Shown: positions 21,452-32,020, counted from the first letter of the stretch. The stretch is DNA of 64,000 nucleotides from Bdellovibrionota bacterium (GCA_044347345.1 JBIKUX010000001.1:106425-170424); one strand, 5' to 3'. Program-made: numbers and translations. Notes: a model not told the origin generated them from the letters alone.

Positions 21452-22549
21452 TTAATTCGTGGGCACAATAATCCTCGCTAGTGACCAGCCTCGCAAGTAT
21501 ATAAAGAATACTAAGCTAAAAAATAATAGCAGTAAGAGGTAGGTACGCCAGGAAACTCTTTGCAATGGTAGTGAGAAGCCCTTATTCAAGGGCATTCTCT
21601 TGATTTTAGGTTTAGCAACTTTTTTTTTCGTCAAATTACGACCTAAATTAGGTCTTACGTCATCTGATCTCAAAGGGATTTTTTTATCTAATTTACTGAT
21701 ATCTGGAGTTGATAATAATTTCGTTTCACAAGTAGTCTTTTCTTCATGCGTAGGACTTATTTTTTTTTCAAACTGAGCATCTGCTGACTCCACGTCCACT
21801 GCTACCACTATAACCGTTATATTATCTGTGCCACCGCATTGATTTGCTCGGTTAATAAGATAATTTGTAGCTTGTTCAGGGTTTAGACTAGTGACTGCCG
21901 TTACAATTTCCTCTGAGCATAACATTCCGTACAGTCCATCTGAACAGATAACCAGTTTATCATTTGGCTTAAGAAAATCTGGTAATTGTGCACACTCCAC
22001 TGAAACATCAGCACAAGGCCCAAGAGACCTTGTTAAAACATGTGATATAGGATGTTTAGCCGCTTGGGTAGCTGACAAACTTCCAGTGGCAACTAGGTCC
22101 TGCACCAGCGTGTGGTCAGTAGTTAATTTAATTAGGGAACCATCTCTAACTAGATAGGCTCTAGAATCGCCAACATGAGCTAATAGTAATTCCTTTGAAG
22201 TAATTCCTACGGCTACGATTGTAGTGCCCATTCCGCTCAGTTCGCTACTTCCATCACCGATTGAAAATATTATTTCATTAGCACATTTTAAAACGTGGTC
22301 TAGTTTTTTGAGTGTAAGCTGGTCAGTTGAGCCTTGAAATGCATATCTTAGAGCCGCTATTGCAGTAGCCGAAGCTTCAGCTCCACCATGCACACCTCCC
22401 ATACCGTCAGCCACGGTAAATAGCGTAAATTTCTCTCCTTCAACAATAGCGAAATTATCTTGATTCTCTTTGCGAATTATCCCCTTATCAGTCCGAGCTG
22501 AATAAAAAATAGGTAGTCTTCCAGTAGATGATTCACCCTGCTCAAGCAC
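21452..22549 (-). CDS. PP2C/Stp1-family Ser/Thr phosphatase with C-terminal membrane anchor
   Basis: RKENQD, VADGMGG, HVGDSRAY, DHT, LTRSLG, CSDGL, GGTDNIT; hydrophobic C-terminal helix. Confidence 0.92.
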   Translation of the reverse strand: MLEQGESSTGRLPIFYSARTDKGIIRKENQDNFAIVEGEKFTLFTVADGMGGVHGGAEASATAIAALRYAFQGSTDQLTLKKLDHVLKCANEIIFSIGDGSSELSGMGTTIVAVGITSKELLLAHVGDSRAYLVRDGSLIKLTTDHTLVQDLVATGSLSATQAAKHPISHVLTRSLGPCADVSVECAQLPDFLKPNDKLVICSDGLYGMLCSEEIVTAVTSLNPEQATNYLINRANQCGGTDNITVIVVAVDVESADAQFEKKISPTHEEKTTCETKLLSTPDISKLDKKIPLRSDDVRPNLGRNLTKKKVAKPKIKRMPLNKGFSLPLQRVSWRTYLLLLLFFSLVFFIYLRGWSLARIIVPTN

Positions 22550-22735
22550 TTACAGACCTTAGTGTAGAAGTTAATATACAACACCCTAAACAATTCAATT
22601 AAAGTTGTATCGTCACAAGAACAAAATAGGAAAATTTAAAAAGAAAATTGCTTTAATATCAAATTGTTATCTTAATTAAAAAGATGATACAAAGGGTAAT
22701 GAATAGGTACATTGCACGAAAAATGCTACTTATCA

Positions 22736-24757
22736 CTACTTGTCTGCCCGTTCTTTGTTACTTAGCCCATCAGATACTTTGAGTATTTTTTGACCAGAAA
22801 GCTTCTTGATTAATTCAATAAGCAAATGATTAGTTTTATCTTGTTGCTCAGCAAGAGCCATTAGGCGACGGTCTGTTTCGTTAACTGACTCTTCAATTGC
22901 TCCTACTACCTCAACCATTATTCGTCTCACCCTCGGGTTATTTAACCTATCAATTGACGAGACTAATTGGACACTATCAAGCGCAGTGCCACCAAGGTCA
23001 CGCTGTTTGAGACTTTCTACCAAAGATTGTTGAGCTCCTGCTTGAATTTCTTCAATTGTTTCGGTACGTAGAACTATAACACGACGTGGTAAATTTTTTG
23101 CTTCCTGAGATTTTGATACTTCATTAGCGACAGGAATATTACCACCAGCAAATATATCCTTTTCTTCATCTAAAGAGCCATCCTGACTTACTTTTTCGGC
23201 CGCACTGTGGTAAGTTTGCTCATCGTCGTTATTATTCTTAACTGATTGAATAGATTCAATCTTATCGGCTTCATTTTTAGCAATCTCTCCGGAAGAATTA
23301 ACTGCTACAGAGCTATCAGCGCTTTCTTGAGGCTTTAGTAACTTTATCCCGATCTGAATTACAACTCCTATCAAAAAACCGATGCATAAAGCGGCAAATA
23401 TCCGTAGAGGTTTTAAATTCCTTCCCTCATATCCCTCTGCGACCGACTGAATACCAAGGTAACTACCGTCTCTATTGAGTTCAGAATCACTTACTCTATC
23501 CCGATGTGCGGTAGCGGTATCGTGATGTACAGATGAATTGGTGTCAAAGTCTTCTGATTCGATAGAATCTTTATGACTTAAATCATTAAACCACTCATCT
23601 CCACTTTTTTCCGTAAAATTACCTTGCTTGGCCTTACGTTTAGCAGTTTTTAATCCCTGGGCGTTGTTTCTGAGCTTTGCCCTATTATTACGTCTAGAAA
23701 GTTTTTTACCTTTCTTTTTTTTCTTTATGTTTTTTTCAATCTCATCAATTTCAGAGAATGCCTCTACATTTTGCAGATCACCTACAACACTATCCTCTTC
23801 ATTTATCTCTTTTTTTGATACGTCAGATAACTCAGAAATTGAGAATTTTTCGCCCTTTTCAAAATTGTCTGATAATTGGTCTGGTAGTTGTTCTTCTGGA
23901 TTCTCTATTAAATGGGTAACTTCGATCTCTTCCGCTTGGACCGGAACCGATTCTTCAATAATAACTGAGTCATCTTTCGAGGTAGACTCAACAAATACAT
24001 TTGATTCAACTAATCGAGCTGCTTTTTCTCCAATTTGAACTACAAGCGCGGTAATATTGTCTTTACCACCTCGACCTCTAACTAAAGCTATGATTTCTTT
24101 TGCTGTATCCTCTAAAGGAGCACCCTCTAAAATGTCACAAAGTTCATCAAGAGCTACGGCATTATAAACTCCATCCGTGCAACATAGATATCTATCCCCA
24201 TCTTTGGGAGGTTCAGAAATTTCAAATAAATCAATAGCAAGATTCTTTGATTCACCTAAGACCTTACTGATACCACCATCTTCAATCGATTGTATCTGAT
24301 GGATATTTTCTCTGTATTGATCTTTTGTTAGTTGTGTAAGTTTACGATTTCGAAGGCGGTAAATTCGAGAATTACCTACATGAGCGATAAACGCTGTATC
24401 TTCGCTAAAAACAATACCGGAAACTGTCGTTCCCATGCCCCAAAAATGAGGTCCAGATTCTGCGAGCTCAACTATTGCTTCATTTGCCTTTTCAATAGCA
24501 GTTCGAACATCAGATTCAAGAAACTGCTTTTTAGAGCGGAGTAGAGATTCCAGAGTAGATAAGGCAAGGTGAGAAGCTATTTCGCCTTTTGATGGCCCCC
24601 CCATCCCATCCGCGACAAAGAACCCCCTACTCTCAGATGAGCGGATAATTGAAAAAGCATCTTCGTTAGTTTCAAGAACTAGACCCCTATCACTCTTAAC
24701 AACTGAGCGTACGGATTGCACAAAAGATGCTGATGATTCGGAAACTGAATCGGTCAT
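22736..24757 (-). CDS. PP2C-like membrane protein (N-terminal phosphatase domain, charged linker, TM helix, external C-terminal region)
   Basis: NED, VADGMGG, CTDG and GGKDNIT present; HVGNSR replaces HVGDSR; TM IFAALCIGFLIGVVIQIGI. Confidence 0.85.
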   Translation of the reverse strand: MTDSVSESSASFVQSVRSVVKSDRGLVLETNEDAFSIIRSSESRGFFVADGMGGPSKGEIASHLALSTLESLLRSKKQFLESDVRTAIEKANEAIVELAESGPHFWGMGTTVSGIVFSEDTAFIAHVGNSRIYRLRNRKLTQLTKDQYRENIHQIQSIEDGGISKVLGESKNLAIDLFEISEPPKDGDRYLCCTDGVYNAVALDELCDILEGAPLEDTAKEIIALVRGRGGKDNITALVVQIGEKAARLVESNVFVESTSKDDSVIIEESVPVQAEEIEVTHLIENPEEQLPDQLSDNFEKGEKFSISELSDVSKKEINEEDSVVGDLQNVEAFSEIDEIEKNIKKKKKGKKLSRRNNRAKLRNNAQGLKTAKRKAKQGNFTEKSGDEWFNDLSHKDSIESEDFDTNSSVHHDTATAHRDRVSDSELNRDGSYLGIQSVAEGYEGRNLKPLRIFAALCIGFLIGVVIQIGIKLLKPQESADSSVAVNSSGEIAKNEADKIESIQSVKNNNDDEQTYHSAAEKVSQDGSLDEEKDIFAGGNIPVANEVSKSQEAKNLPRRVIVLRTETIEEIQAGAQQSLVESLKQRDLGGTALDSVQLVSSIDRLNNPRVRRIMVEVVGAIEESVNETDRRLMALAEQQDKTNHLLIELIKKLSGQKILKVSDGLSNKERADK

Positions 24758-24952
24758 GAATACTGGACATTTGCCTACCGACCCATATCGGCACCCATAG
24801 CCAAGTTGAATCCAACTCAGTTAAAAATTTGTCTTCCGTAAAAAATACGGAGGCTGAACTTGTAAGGTAATTTCACTTCTACTCATAGCCTACATATTTG
24901 CTACACTCAACGTTCAACAAACTCTGCCAAAAATAAAACGGACAGACAAAAT

Positions 24953-25789
24953 TTAATCTACCAAACGAATAAAAATTCTTGAGGATACCCCTGGCTCCCG
25001 TTTAAGCTGAACAGCCATTCTCTCAGATAATTCGCGTGAACTTTCAGGACCAACCAATAAACGATAATGAGCTTGGCCATCCACTAAAGTATCCTCTAAA
25101 ATTATCGGAAAACCACTACCTCGTAATTTTTTTGCTAAACCTTCAATTTCTCTTCGATTTGGCGTGGCCATAACCTGCACAAACCAACCTTTGGTTAGAG
25201 ACTGTGTAGAACTTTTATCTAGAGATAAGCGATCTGTACCAACAAATTTTTTGGTAGAATCATCTCTTTCTACTTGTTTATCCTTCTCCTCGGGAAACCC
25301 AACTTTTTTCTCTCTATCTTCTAATATTCTCGAAAAAGCTTGTTCAGGACTATCTGGTGAATCTAAACCCTTAACACTAGCTGCTTGAAGACTGTCCTCT
25401 ATTTTTTTCCCGCCTCCCTGTTGTTTACTGTCAGGCGTATCGGAGGGATACGTGACCGCCGGACGAGCCAACTTTTGAGGCCTCAGAATAGGCACAGAGG
25501 AAGGGGCATTAACTTCATCCACTTGCTTTTTATTTTCTTGACTTAAATTAACATCATGCCCCACTGATTGCGCACTAAGAGTGCTCACCGCATTAACACT
25601 AGAGTGAGCAACACCTACGACATCAGAGGAAATAATCATGCGAGTTACTGGCTGTATACCTTGATCCAAGGCTGACTCAATCCCTACTACCCTTCCAGCA
25701 GATAGCCCCAAGTAATAGGAGCATATTATGCCTCCAACAAATACAAACAAAACCAAATACCACTGATAAATAAAATTACCTATTCTCAC
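24953..25789 (-). CDS. SPOR-domain membrane protein (DedD/FtsN-like)
   Basis: N-terminal TM helix, low-complexity linker, C-terminal WFVQV...YRLLVGP SPOR motif. Confidence 0.85.
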   Translation of the reverse strand: MRIGNFIYQWYLVLFVFVGGIICSYYLGLSAGRVVGIESALDQGIQPVTRMIISSDVVGVAHSSVNAVSTLSAQSVGHDVNLSQENKKQVDEVNAPSSVPILRPQKLARPAVTYPSDTPDSKQQGGGKKIEDSLQAASVKGLDSPDSPEQAFSRILEDREKKVGFPEEKDKQVERDDSTKKFVGTDRLSLDKSSTQSLTKGWFVQVMATPNRREIEGLAKKLRGSGFPIILEDTLVDGQAHYRLLVGPESSRELSERMAVQLKREPGVSSRIFIRLVD

Positions 25790-25801
25790 TATTACCTATT
25801 T

Positions 25802-27049
25802 TCACTGGCACAATCGTAACCAATACCGATCCTGTTTAACTAAATTTAGCACAATCCGGAGCAACTTAACGTTATACTCAGATAACTGACCTTGACTATA
25901 ATTCAATACTCTATGGAGCGCGAGAAGTAAGAAGTGCTCAATTTGTAATTGTAATGAGAGATTTCCACTACGACCTAAAATTCTATCAGCGCACGGAATG
26001 CGACACCAAAAAGATGCTATTTTCAAATAGTCTTCCTCACCAAAGTTACTACGATTTAAAAAAGATTTATCAGCCAACCACTCTACAATAGCTTTAGATT
26101 CGACCTCAAAAGACTCTCTAAAACAACTTAAACCTCTATTTAATCTACTTAGAGTATGCCCCCAAAACCAACGACAATTCGCTCGTTCCTCAAATAACGG
26201 TACATGATAATCAATATCTTTACTAAATGTATCTCCAGCAAGATAGCTTATAAAATTAAGAGTAACGTTATGGTTCCATTCATTCAAGTTACTAGCTGTA
26301 AAAGGACACGGTGATAATTCAGCCCAAGAATTTACAGGAACCCAAACCGTACCACCACTTGCCTTAACTCTCGCCACGATAGAGCGAAAATCTTGCTGAG
26401 AAAAAGTATTGGGAAGTAACCACAAATAATTATTCACTGTGCTACTTTGACTACAATTTGCTAATATATCACTTTGAATCCTATTCCTAAAAAACGGAGT
26501 TTCACTCTCATTACTTCGGGATGAAATAATATCAACAAATAATTTACATAAACTACCCAAATCAGTTGCATCAATTTCCACTAATAGGTTCTCATCAAGC
26601 GTACCTACCCGTAAAAATGCTCTTTGTCCTGAGAATGTACACCGCAATAAAAAAAAGAGTGCTCGTGCTATCAATCTCATGTAGCTTTCGTAGCTTTGGC
26701 TTTTTGTAGGAGGTAATACATGTATAATTACTAATTCAGGCTCTTTAATCTCACCAAAAACCGAGTAAACATGGGTAAAATCTTCAATTTCTAAATTAAG
26801 AAAAGATCTAACCACTTGTGTTTTAACTCTCAACGATAAAGGAATCCGATTATACAACTCTAATGCTACCTCAGCAGAATTCCTACGCTCACGCTCAGCT
26901 ACTAAAATTGCTATCGAAGATGTAAACTCACCAAAAAATCCCGGTTCCTGAGGTTTTAGAGAATTAAGTACTTCAGCACGCGAACACGTAGTCTCTACAA
27001 GACGTGCAAGATTATTTACCCAATCATAAAGATTAACTGATGATGTCAC
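25802..27049 (-). CDS. Degenerate arginyl-tRNA-synthetase-like protein (probable pseudo-enzyme)
   Basis: GEFTSSIAILVA...NSAEVA...SFLNL resembles the ArgRS N domain; DIDY...NCRWFWGHTLSRL resembles the DALR-domain entry; immediately upstream of the SPOR gene; no HIGH or KMSKS. Confidence 0.6.
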   Translation of the reverse strand: MTSSVNLYDWVNNLARLVETTCSRAEVLNSLKPQEPGFFGEFTSSIAILVAERERRNSAEVALELYNRIPLSLRVKTQVVRSFLNLEIEDFTHVYSVFGEIKEPELVIIHVLPPTKSQSYESYMRLIARALFFLLRCTFSGQRAFLRVGTLDENLLVEIDATDLGSLCKLFVDIISSRSNESETPFFRNRIQSDILANCSQSSTVNNYLWLLPNTFSQQDFRSIVARVKASGGTVWVPVNSWAELSPCPFTASNLNEWNHNVTLNFISYLAGDTFSKDIDYHVPLFEERANCRWFWGHTLSRLNRGLSCFRESFEVESKAIVEWLADKSFLNRSNFGEEDYLKIASFWCRIPCADRILGRSGNLSLQLQIEHFLLLALHRVLNYSQGQLSEYNVKLLRIVLNLVKQDRYWLRLCQ

Positions 27050-27119
27050 CTAATAAGCCCTATAAAATAGCGAAGTATTTTTAATTAAACTTGTCCAAGT
27101 TATAAATAATTAGTGGTTC

Positions 27120-28556
27120 TTACTGGCTATCTGCCAATAATGAGCTTTTTTGACCTTGTGCATACTTAACGATCCCTTTTGCTATACCTCTAGCCAAAGC
27201 TTCCCTAAAAATTGTACTTTCTAATTTATTACTATCCTTTGGATTATCAATAAATAAAAGTTCAACTAAAATACTAGGCATCTGAGCACCGATTAAAACG
27301 ACAAAAGGTGCTTTGCGAACACCAAGGTCAACAAGTGAAGGATAATATTGTCGACCTTCACCAATTATGGCACCGTGAACTGCTTCAGCTAATTCTACAG
27401 ATTCGCTGACCTTACCTTGCAAATGCAAGTCTCCCAGCATAGCTCTAATATCATCATCCATGCCAAGTGGCGCTACATCATCAAAAGCTAGTGATTGATT
27501 TTCTCTAGCAGCTATGGCTTCAGTTGAAGGATTTTCCGTAGTATCTAAATAATAAGTCTCTAATCCAGAGGCATTACCATTTTTGCTTGCATTACAATGT
27601 AGGCTGATAAAAACATCCGCTTTACGGTTGTTAGCTTGTCGAGTACGGTCATTTAGAGAAATGAAATTATCGTTATTTCTTGTTAGATGTACGTCATAAT
27701 CGCCTAATCTAAGTAACTCTTCTTTCACAAGAAGAGCAATATCAACTACTGTGTCTTTTTCTCGTAAACCGCCTGCTCCTGTAGCTCCGACATCTCGACC
27801 ACCATGCCCTGGATCGATAACTATTCGAAATCTAGTATCACTGATAACGCCAGTGTCTGCATTTTGTTCAGATGGGAGTCTTGATTCAAATAAATTTTTG
27901 TTGATGTCTCTCGAACTTTTATTTTTCTGAGGCACTCTATACCTCTTTTCCTCAATGACAACTAATCTATCCTGAACCTCTTCGATTAGTGATTCAGACT
28001 CAGATTTTAGCAATAATGATGTAAGCTTCTGATGAGCTCTATCAAAATCGCCGTTAGCTACATACAAATCAGCGAGTTCAAGGTCAGCGAAATCATATAA
28101 ATCTCGTAAAGAGCTCAAATCGTTTGTTCCGTTAAAAACAAACGATTCGTAAGCGTTAATAGCTTTTTGTCGCATAATTGGCTCATTTAAAAACTTCGAT
28201 AATCGGCTTAACGCCCTACCAGCATACAGCCATGCCGCTGACTCATTCTCTTTTGCAGCTAATAGAACCGCTTCTTCAGCAATCCGGCGGTACTCAGCTA
28301 TTAAGGCGGAATTACTCAGCAAAGGAGACTTTTTATTCTGACGTTCAAAAACCTCTCGTCGCGACTCTACTTCCCACCACTTCTTTTCGAGAGATACCAA
28401 TGTTAGCTTGTTATCAGAACTACCTACTAAAGAAGTATCAGCTACAGAGTTGATGAGCGGACAAAGTAGTAAAATTACCGTAAAAAAAACGTAAAAAACT
28501 TGTCTTGATAAAAAACGTTTAGTGAAAAAAGATTTTTTTTTGCTGTAGTTAAGCAT
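27120..28556 (-). CDS. N-acetylmuramoyl-L-alanine amidase (Amidase_3) with N-terminal TPR-like helices
   Basis: IDPGHGG, EKD, SLHCNA, APFVVL, SILVELLF; N-terminal signal or TM segment. Confidence 0.92.
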   Translation of the reverse strand: MLNYSKKKSFFTKRFLSRQVFYVFFTVILLLCPLINSVADTSLVGSSDNKLTLVSLEKKWWEVESRREVFERQNKKSPLLSNSALIAEYRRIAEEAVLLAAKENESAAWLYAGRALSRLSKFLNEPIMRQKAINAYESFVFNGTNDLSSLRDLYDFADLELADLYVANGDFDRAHQKLTSLLLKSESESLIEEVQDRLVVIEEKRYRVPQKNKSSRDINKNLFESRLPSEQNADTGVISDTRFRIVIDPGHGGRDVGATGAGGLREKDTVVDIALLVKEELLRLGDYDVHLTRNNDNFISLNDRTRQANNRKADVFISLHCNASKNGNASGLETYYLDTTENPSTEAIAARENQSLAFDDVAPLGMDDDIRAMLGDLHLQGKVSESVELAEAVHGAIIGEGRQYYPSLVDLGVRKAPFVVLIGAQMPSILVELLFIDNPKDSNKLESTIFREALARGIAKGIVKYAQGQKSSLLADSQ

Positions 28557-28567
28557 CTCCGTAGATC

Positions 28568-31414
28568 CTACTTGAGAGCAATAGGCAGTGAAGGTTGCAA
28601 TAACTCGTGAGTAATATCGTCCTCTTTTTTAGTTGATTCTCTTGTTACTACTCCTCCTCCCCCCATCACCAATTTACGAACTAATTCAAGATGAGCTAAA
28701 GCATTTGCTGGGGTAGTTTCAAAAAGATTAATTTTGCTCAAGTGTCTTCTTATTTCAGCAACTATTTTTTTTTCATGCATACTAGATTTAGCTATAACTA
28801 CATTATTAGTACTAACATTTTGTTGCGTAGGTAACCTCTCTACATCATTGACGCTAATATCAGTATCAAATTTCACATCAATATCATGAGCAATAATGTT
28901 GCGAACTTTTCCCTTACTTAAAGTTCTAGGCTCGCTTAAATCTTTGTCATTAGTGTCCACATTATTGATACCAGCCAGCATTCTGGCTCGATCTAATAAC
29001 TCTTCAGGCAATCCAGCCCTTTTAGCTACCTCAAGTCCATAGGAAGAATATGCCACACCGGGAACTATTTTATGGGTAAAAATAGGCCCATCATCACCAT
29101 GATCAACTCCAACGGTAAGATTCACTAACGTTGATTCCTTTGCATACAAAGACGTAAGCTCATGAAAATGCGTAGCAAACAAAGTTTTGCATTCAATTCT
29201 ATGAACAATCCACTCCAAAATACTTCGAGCAAGGGCTAGGCCATCAAGGGTAGCTGTTCCACGACCAATCTCATCAATTAAGACTAAAGACTTGCTAGTT
29301 GCGTGAGCGAGAATAGTGGCTATTTCTCGCATTTCAACCATAAAAGTTGATTCTCCCTCATGAATATCATCCGCACTGCCAATTCGAGCAAAAATAGCGT
29401 CGATAATTCCTATAGTAGCACTTCGTACAGGAACAAAACTGCCTATCTGAGCCATTACTACAATAAGGGCATTTTGCCTTAAAAAAGTAGATTTTCCTCC
29501 CATATTAGGTCCAGTAATAATACCAATACGACCTTTGTGACCATCATCATCGAAATTTCCAGTCTTTTCTTTTTCACACAGAAAAAGTGAATTAGGAACG
29601 AAACGAGAATTAAGCCGAGCAGAAACTACTGGATGACGCCCACCATCAATAATGAGATGGTTATGATGAACTATAGTTGGTCTAACATAATCAAACTGAA
29701 CACTCACAGTCGCCAAAGATGAAAGAACATCTACTAAGGCTACTATAGAATCTAGCACTCTCAATGTGGGAATAGCAGGTACCAGTTTCTCTCTGATTTC
29801 TATAAATAGCTCTTTCTCTAACTGAACAAGACGAGTCTGAGCGTTAAATGCTTCCCGCTCTTTTTCTTTAAGCCAAGGCACGATAAACCGCTCGCCCTGA
29901 GTAGTGGATTGCCTACGTATATACTCTGGTGGCACACGTTTTAGATGAGAATTAGTCACTTCAATAAAATAACCAAGCACACCATTATACTTGATTTTTA
30001 AGGAGCTAATTCCAGTTCTTTCTCGTTCGCTCTGCTCAAATTGCGAGATCCAAGCTGATTGCTCTTTAGTGATAGCTCGCAGTTCATCAATATCTGAGCT
30101 AACTCCATCAGCTATGATTCCACCCTCCCTTAAAAAGGGAGCAGGTTCCTCTAAAAAACTAATCTTGAGAAGTTCACATAACTCAGAAGGAAAATCACAA
30201 GATAAAGCCGCATTTTTAAGTAAACTCACTTGATCAGAGAAACTGTCTAAATAATCTCTCAGTCTGTGCAAATTCTGGATAAAATCTCTTAAAGCAGCTA
30301 ACTCTCTTGGGCCTGCTACACGACTACCAATTCTAGCAGCAAGCCTAGCCAAAGGTGGTGCTTCTCGCAAAATAGCCTGTATAGCACTTCGAGAGATATT
30401 ATCCGATATAAGAGCCTGTACTGCTTCTTGCCGGTAAATTAGTGCTTGAATATCAGTAAGAGGATGCAGTATCCATTCCCATAACAGTGTGCTCCCAGTA
30501 GTTGTTACAGTCTGGTTTAAATGTTCAAAAAGAGTTCCTCTTTGAGTGCCATCACGAATATTACGAACTAATTCCAAACTTCTTCTAGTCTCAGCATCAA
30601 TTGCTACAAAACCATCGTATCTCTTGGTTACTACCCGAGCTATAATGTTACTTATGTCTACTGTAGTCTCTGCTAAAAAATGAAGTAATAGGAAAACTGC
30701 TTTGCGTGTAAAAGGCGGTACAGTATTTAACCCTTCTAGATTTAACTCTTCTAAGTTTAATGCAAGTCCTGACTCTTCAAGACATTCCGACCCCCTGATT
30801 TTGAGTGGGATAGTTAGCCGTCTTTCTAAGTGACGTATAATAGCTGAGCGTCCATCTAGTACTTCGCCACCTGCTACCCGGCAAATAACAAGCTCAGAAC
30901 AACCAATTCTTTCAATCTCATTGATTAACTGGCCAAATGGTATACCAGAGCGAACAACAACAATACCATCGTTAATATTAGTCCATGCTAAATGTGCATC
31001 ATCGTGAGAAAAAATTACCAAAGCGGCTACTATAGCTCTGGTTGTCTCTGAATTTACAATACCTCCCAAAAGACGAATTCCTGGTGTAACAATTCGTTCT
31101 AAAGCCCTTGGTACCATACCCTTTGCAGGTACGTCCCCTACTTGAGAAACTAAAGCTACCGAATGTCCTTTTTCAACTAATCGGTCAACATATCCATCAA
31201 TAACTGCTACTGGAACACCACACATCGGAATGGGAGTAGCGGATGATTTATCCCGAGACGTTAAAGTAATCCCTAAGACCTGAGACACAACCTTTGCATC
31301 ATCAAAAAAAAGCTCATAAAAATCGCCAACTTGCATGAATATAAGCGAGTCAGGATGCTTTTCTTTGTACTCAAGGTACTGAACTAACATTGGGGGAAGA
31401 GGACGAACTTCCAT
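28568..31414 (-). CDS. mutS: DNA mismatch repair protein MutS
   Basis: GDFYELF, Walker A GPNMGGKST, STFMVEM, DEIGRGT, ATHFHEL, SYGLEVA. Confidence 0.97.
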   Translation of the reverse strand: MEVRPLPPMLVQYLEYKEKHPDSLIFMQVGDFYELFFDDAKVVSQVLGITLTSRDKSSATPIPMCGVPVAVIDGYVDRLVEKGHSVALVSQVGDVPAKGMVPRALERIVTPGIRLLGGIVNSETTRAIVAALVIFSHDDAHLAWTNINDGIVVVRSGIPFGQLINEIERIGCSELVICRVAGGEVLDGRSAIIRHLERRLTIPLKIRGSECLEESGLALNLEELNLEGLNTVPPFTRKAVFLLLHFLAETTVDISNIIARVVTKRYDGFVAIDAETRRSLELVRNIRDGTQRGTLFEHLNQTVTTTGSTLLWEWILHPLTDIQALIYRQEAVQALISDNISRSAIQAILREAPPLARLAARIGSRVAGPRELAALRDFIQNLHRLRDYLDSFSDQVSLLKNAALSCDFPSELCELLKISFLEEPAPFLREGGIIADGVSSDIDELRAITKEQSAWISQFEQSERERTGISSLKIKYNGVLGYFIEVTNSHLKRVPPEYIRRQSTTQGERFIVPWLKEKEREAFNAQTRLVQLEKELFIEIREKLVPAIPTLRVLDSIVALVDVLSSLATVSVQFDYVRPTIVHHNHLIIDGGRHPVVSARLNSRFVPNSLFLCEKEKTGNFDDDGHKGRIGIITGPNMGGKSTFLRQNALIVVMAQIGSFVPVRSATIGIIDAIFARIGSADDIHEGESTFMVEMREIATILAHATSKSLVLIDEIGRGTATLDGLALARSILEWIVHRIECKTLFATHFHELTSLYAKESTLVNLTVGVDHGDDGPIFTHKIVPGVAYSSYGLEVAKRAGLPEELLDRARMLAGINNVDTNDKDLSEPRTLSKGKVRNIIAHDIDVKFDTDISVNDVERLPTQQNVSTNNVVIAKSSMHEKKIVAEIRRHLSKINLFETTPANALAHLELVRKLVMGGGGVVTRESTKKEDDITHELLQPSLPIALK

Positions 31415-31531
31415 GATATTTATTTGAGAGCATAAAGATTACGCCTCACTTCATCAAAAAGTTTAGAAGAACGAAAGTAGTCGGAGTAAAAAGACTATTT
31501 TATCAACTAAAAAAAGTGGAGTCAGAATACT

Positions 31532-32020
31532 ATGAGTACTGATGCATTTGCACGCTTTACTCAAACAGACAGCTTATCAAACAGCATACCTACTTCACAA
31601 AGTATGAAAAATTGCATCACACTGATAGATGATAATGAAGCCGTTCTTAAAGCATTAACACTAGTTTTAAAAGCTTTAGGTTACTCAGTGAGTGCATTTG
31701 TTGACCCGCTTGAAGCTGTATTTAAAGTACAAACCACCCACACTTTAGATGTAAATAACCTCTTTGCATTAATCACAGACGTAAGAATGTACCCCATTAG
31801 TGGCACTGAGATTACTAAGCTAATCAGAAAGAACCTGCCACATCTCCCAATAATTTTAATTTCAGGAGATGCCGAAGCTCAGGATATTGAACAATTTATT
31901 GTAAAAGATGCTTTCACTCAATTTTTACAAAAACCTTTTACCCCACAAGAACTTCAGAAAAAACTAAGTAGTTTTAGTAACACTGACTCGAGCCAATTAA
32001 AATTAACCCGAGCCAGTTGA
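31532..32020 (+). CDS. Single-domain response regulator (receiver)
   Basis: LIDDN acidic pocket, phosphoacceptor ITDVRM, ISG, KPF. Confidence 0.88.
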   Translation: MSTDAFARFTQTDSLSNSIPTSQSMKNCITLIDDNEAVLKALTLVLKALGYSVSAFVDPLEAVFKVQTTHTLDVNNLFALITDVRMYPISGTEITKLIRKNLPHLPIILISGDAEAQDIEQFIVKDAFTQFLQKPFTPQELQKKLSSFSNTDSSQLKLTRAS

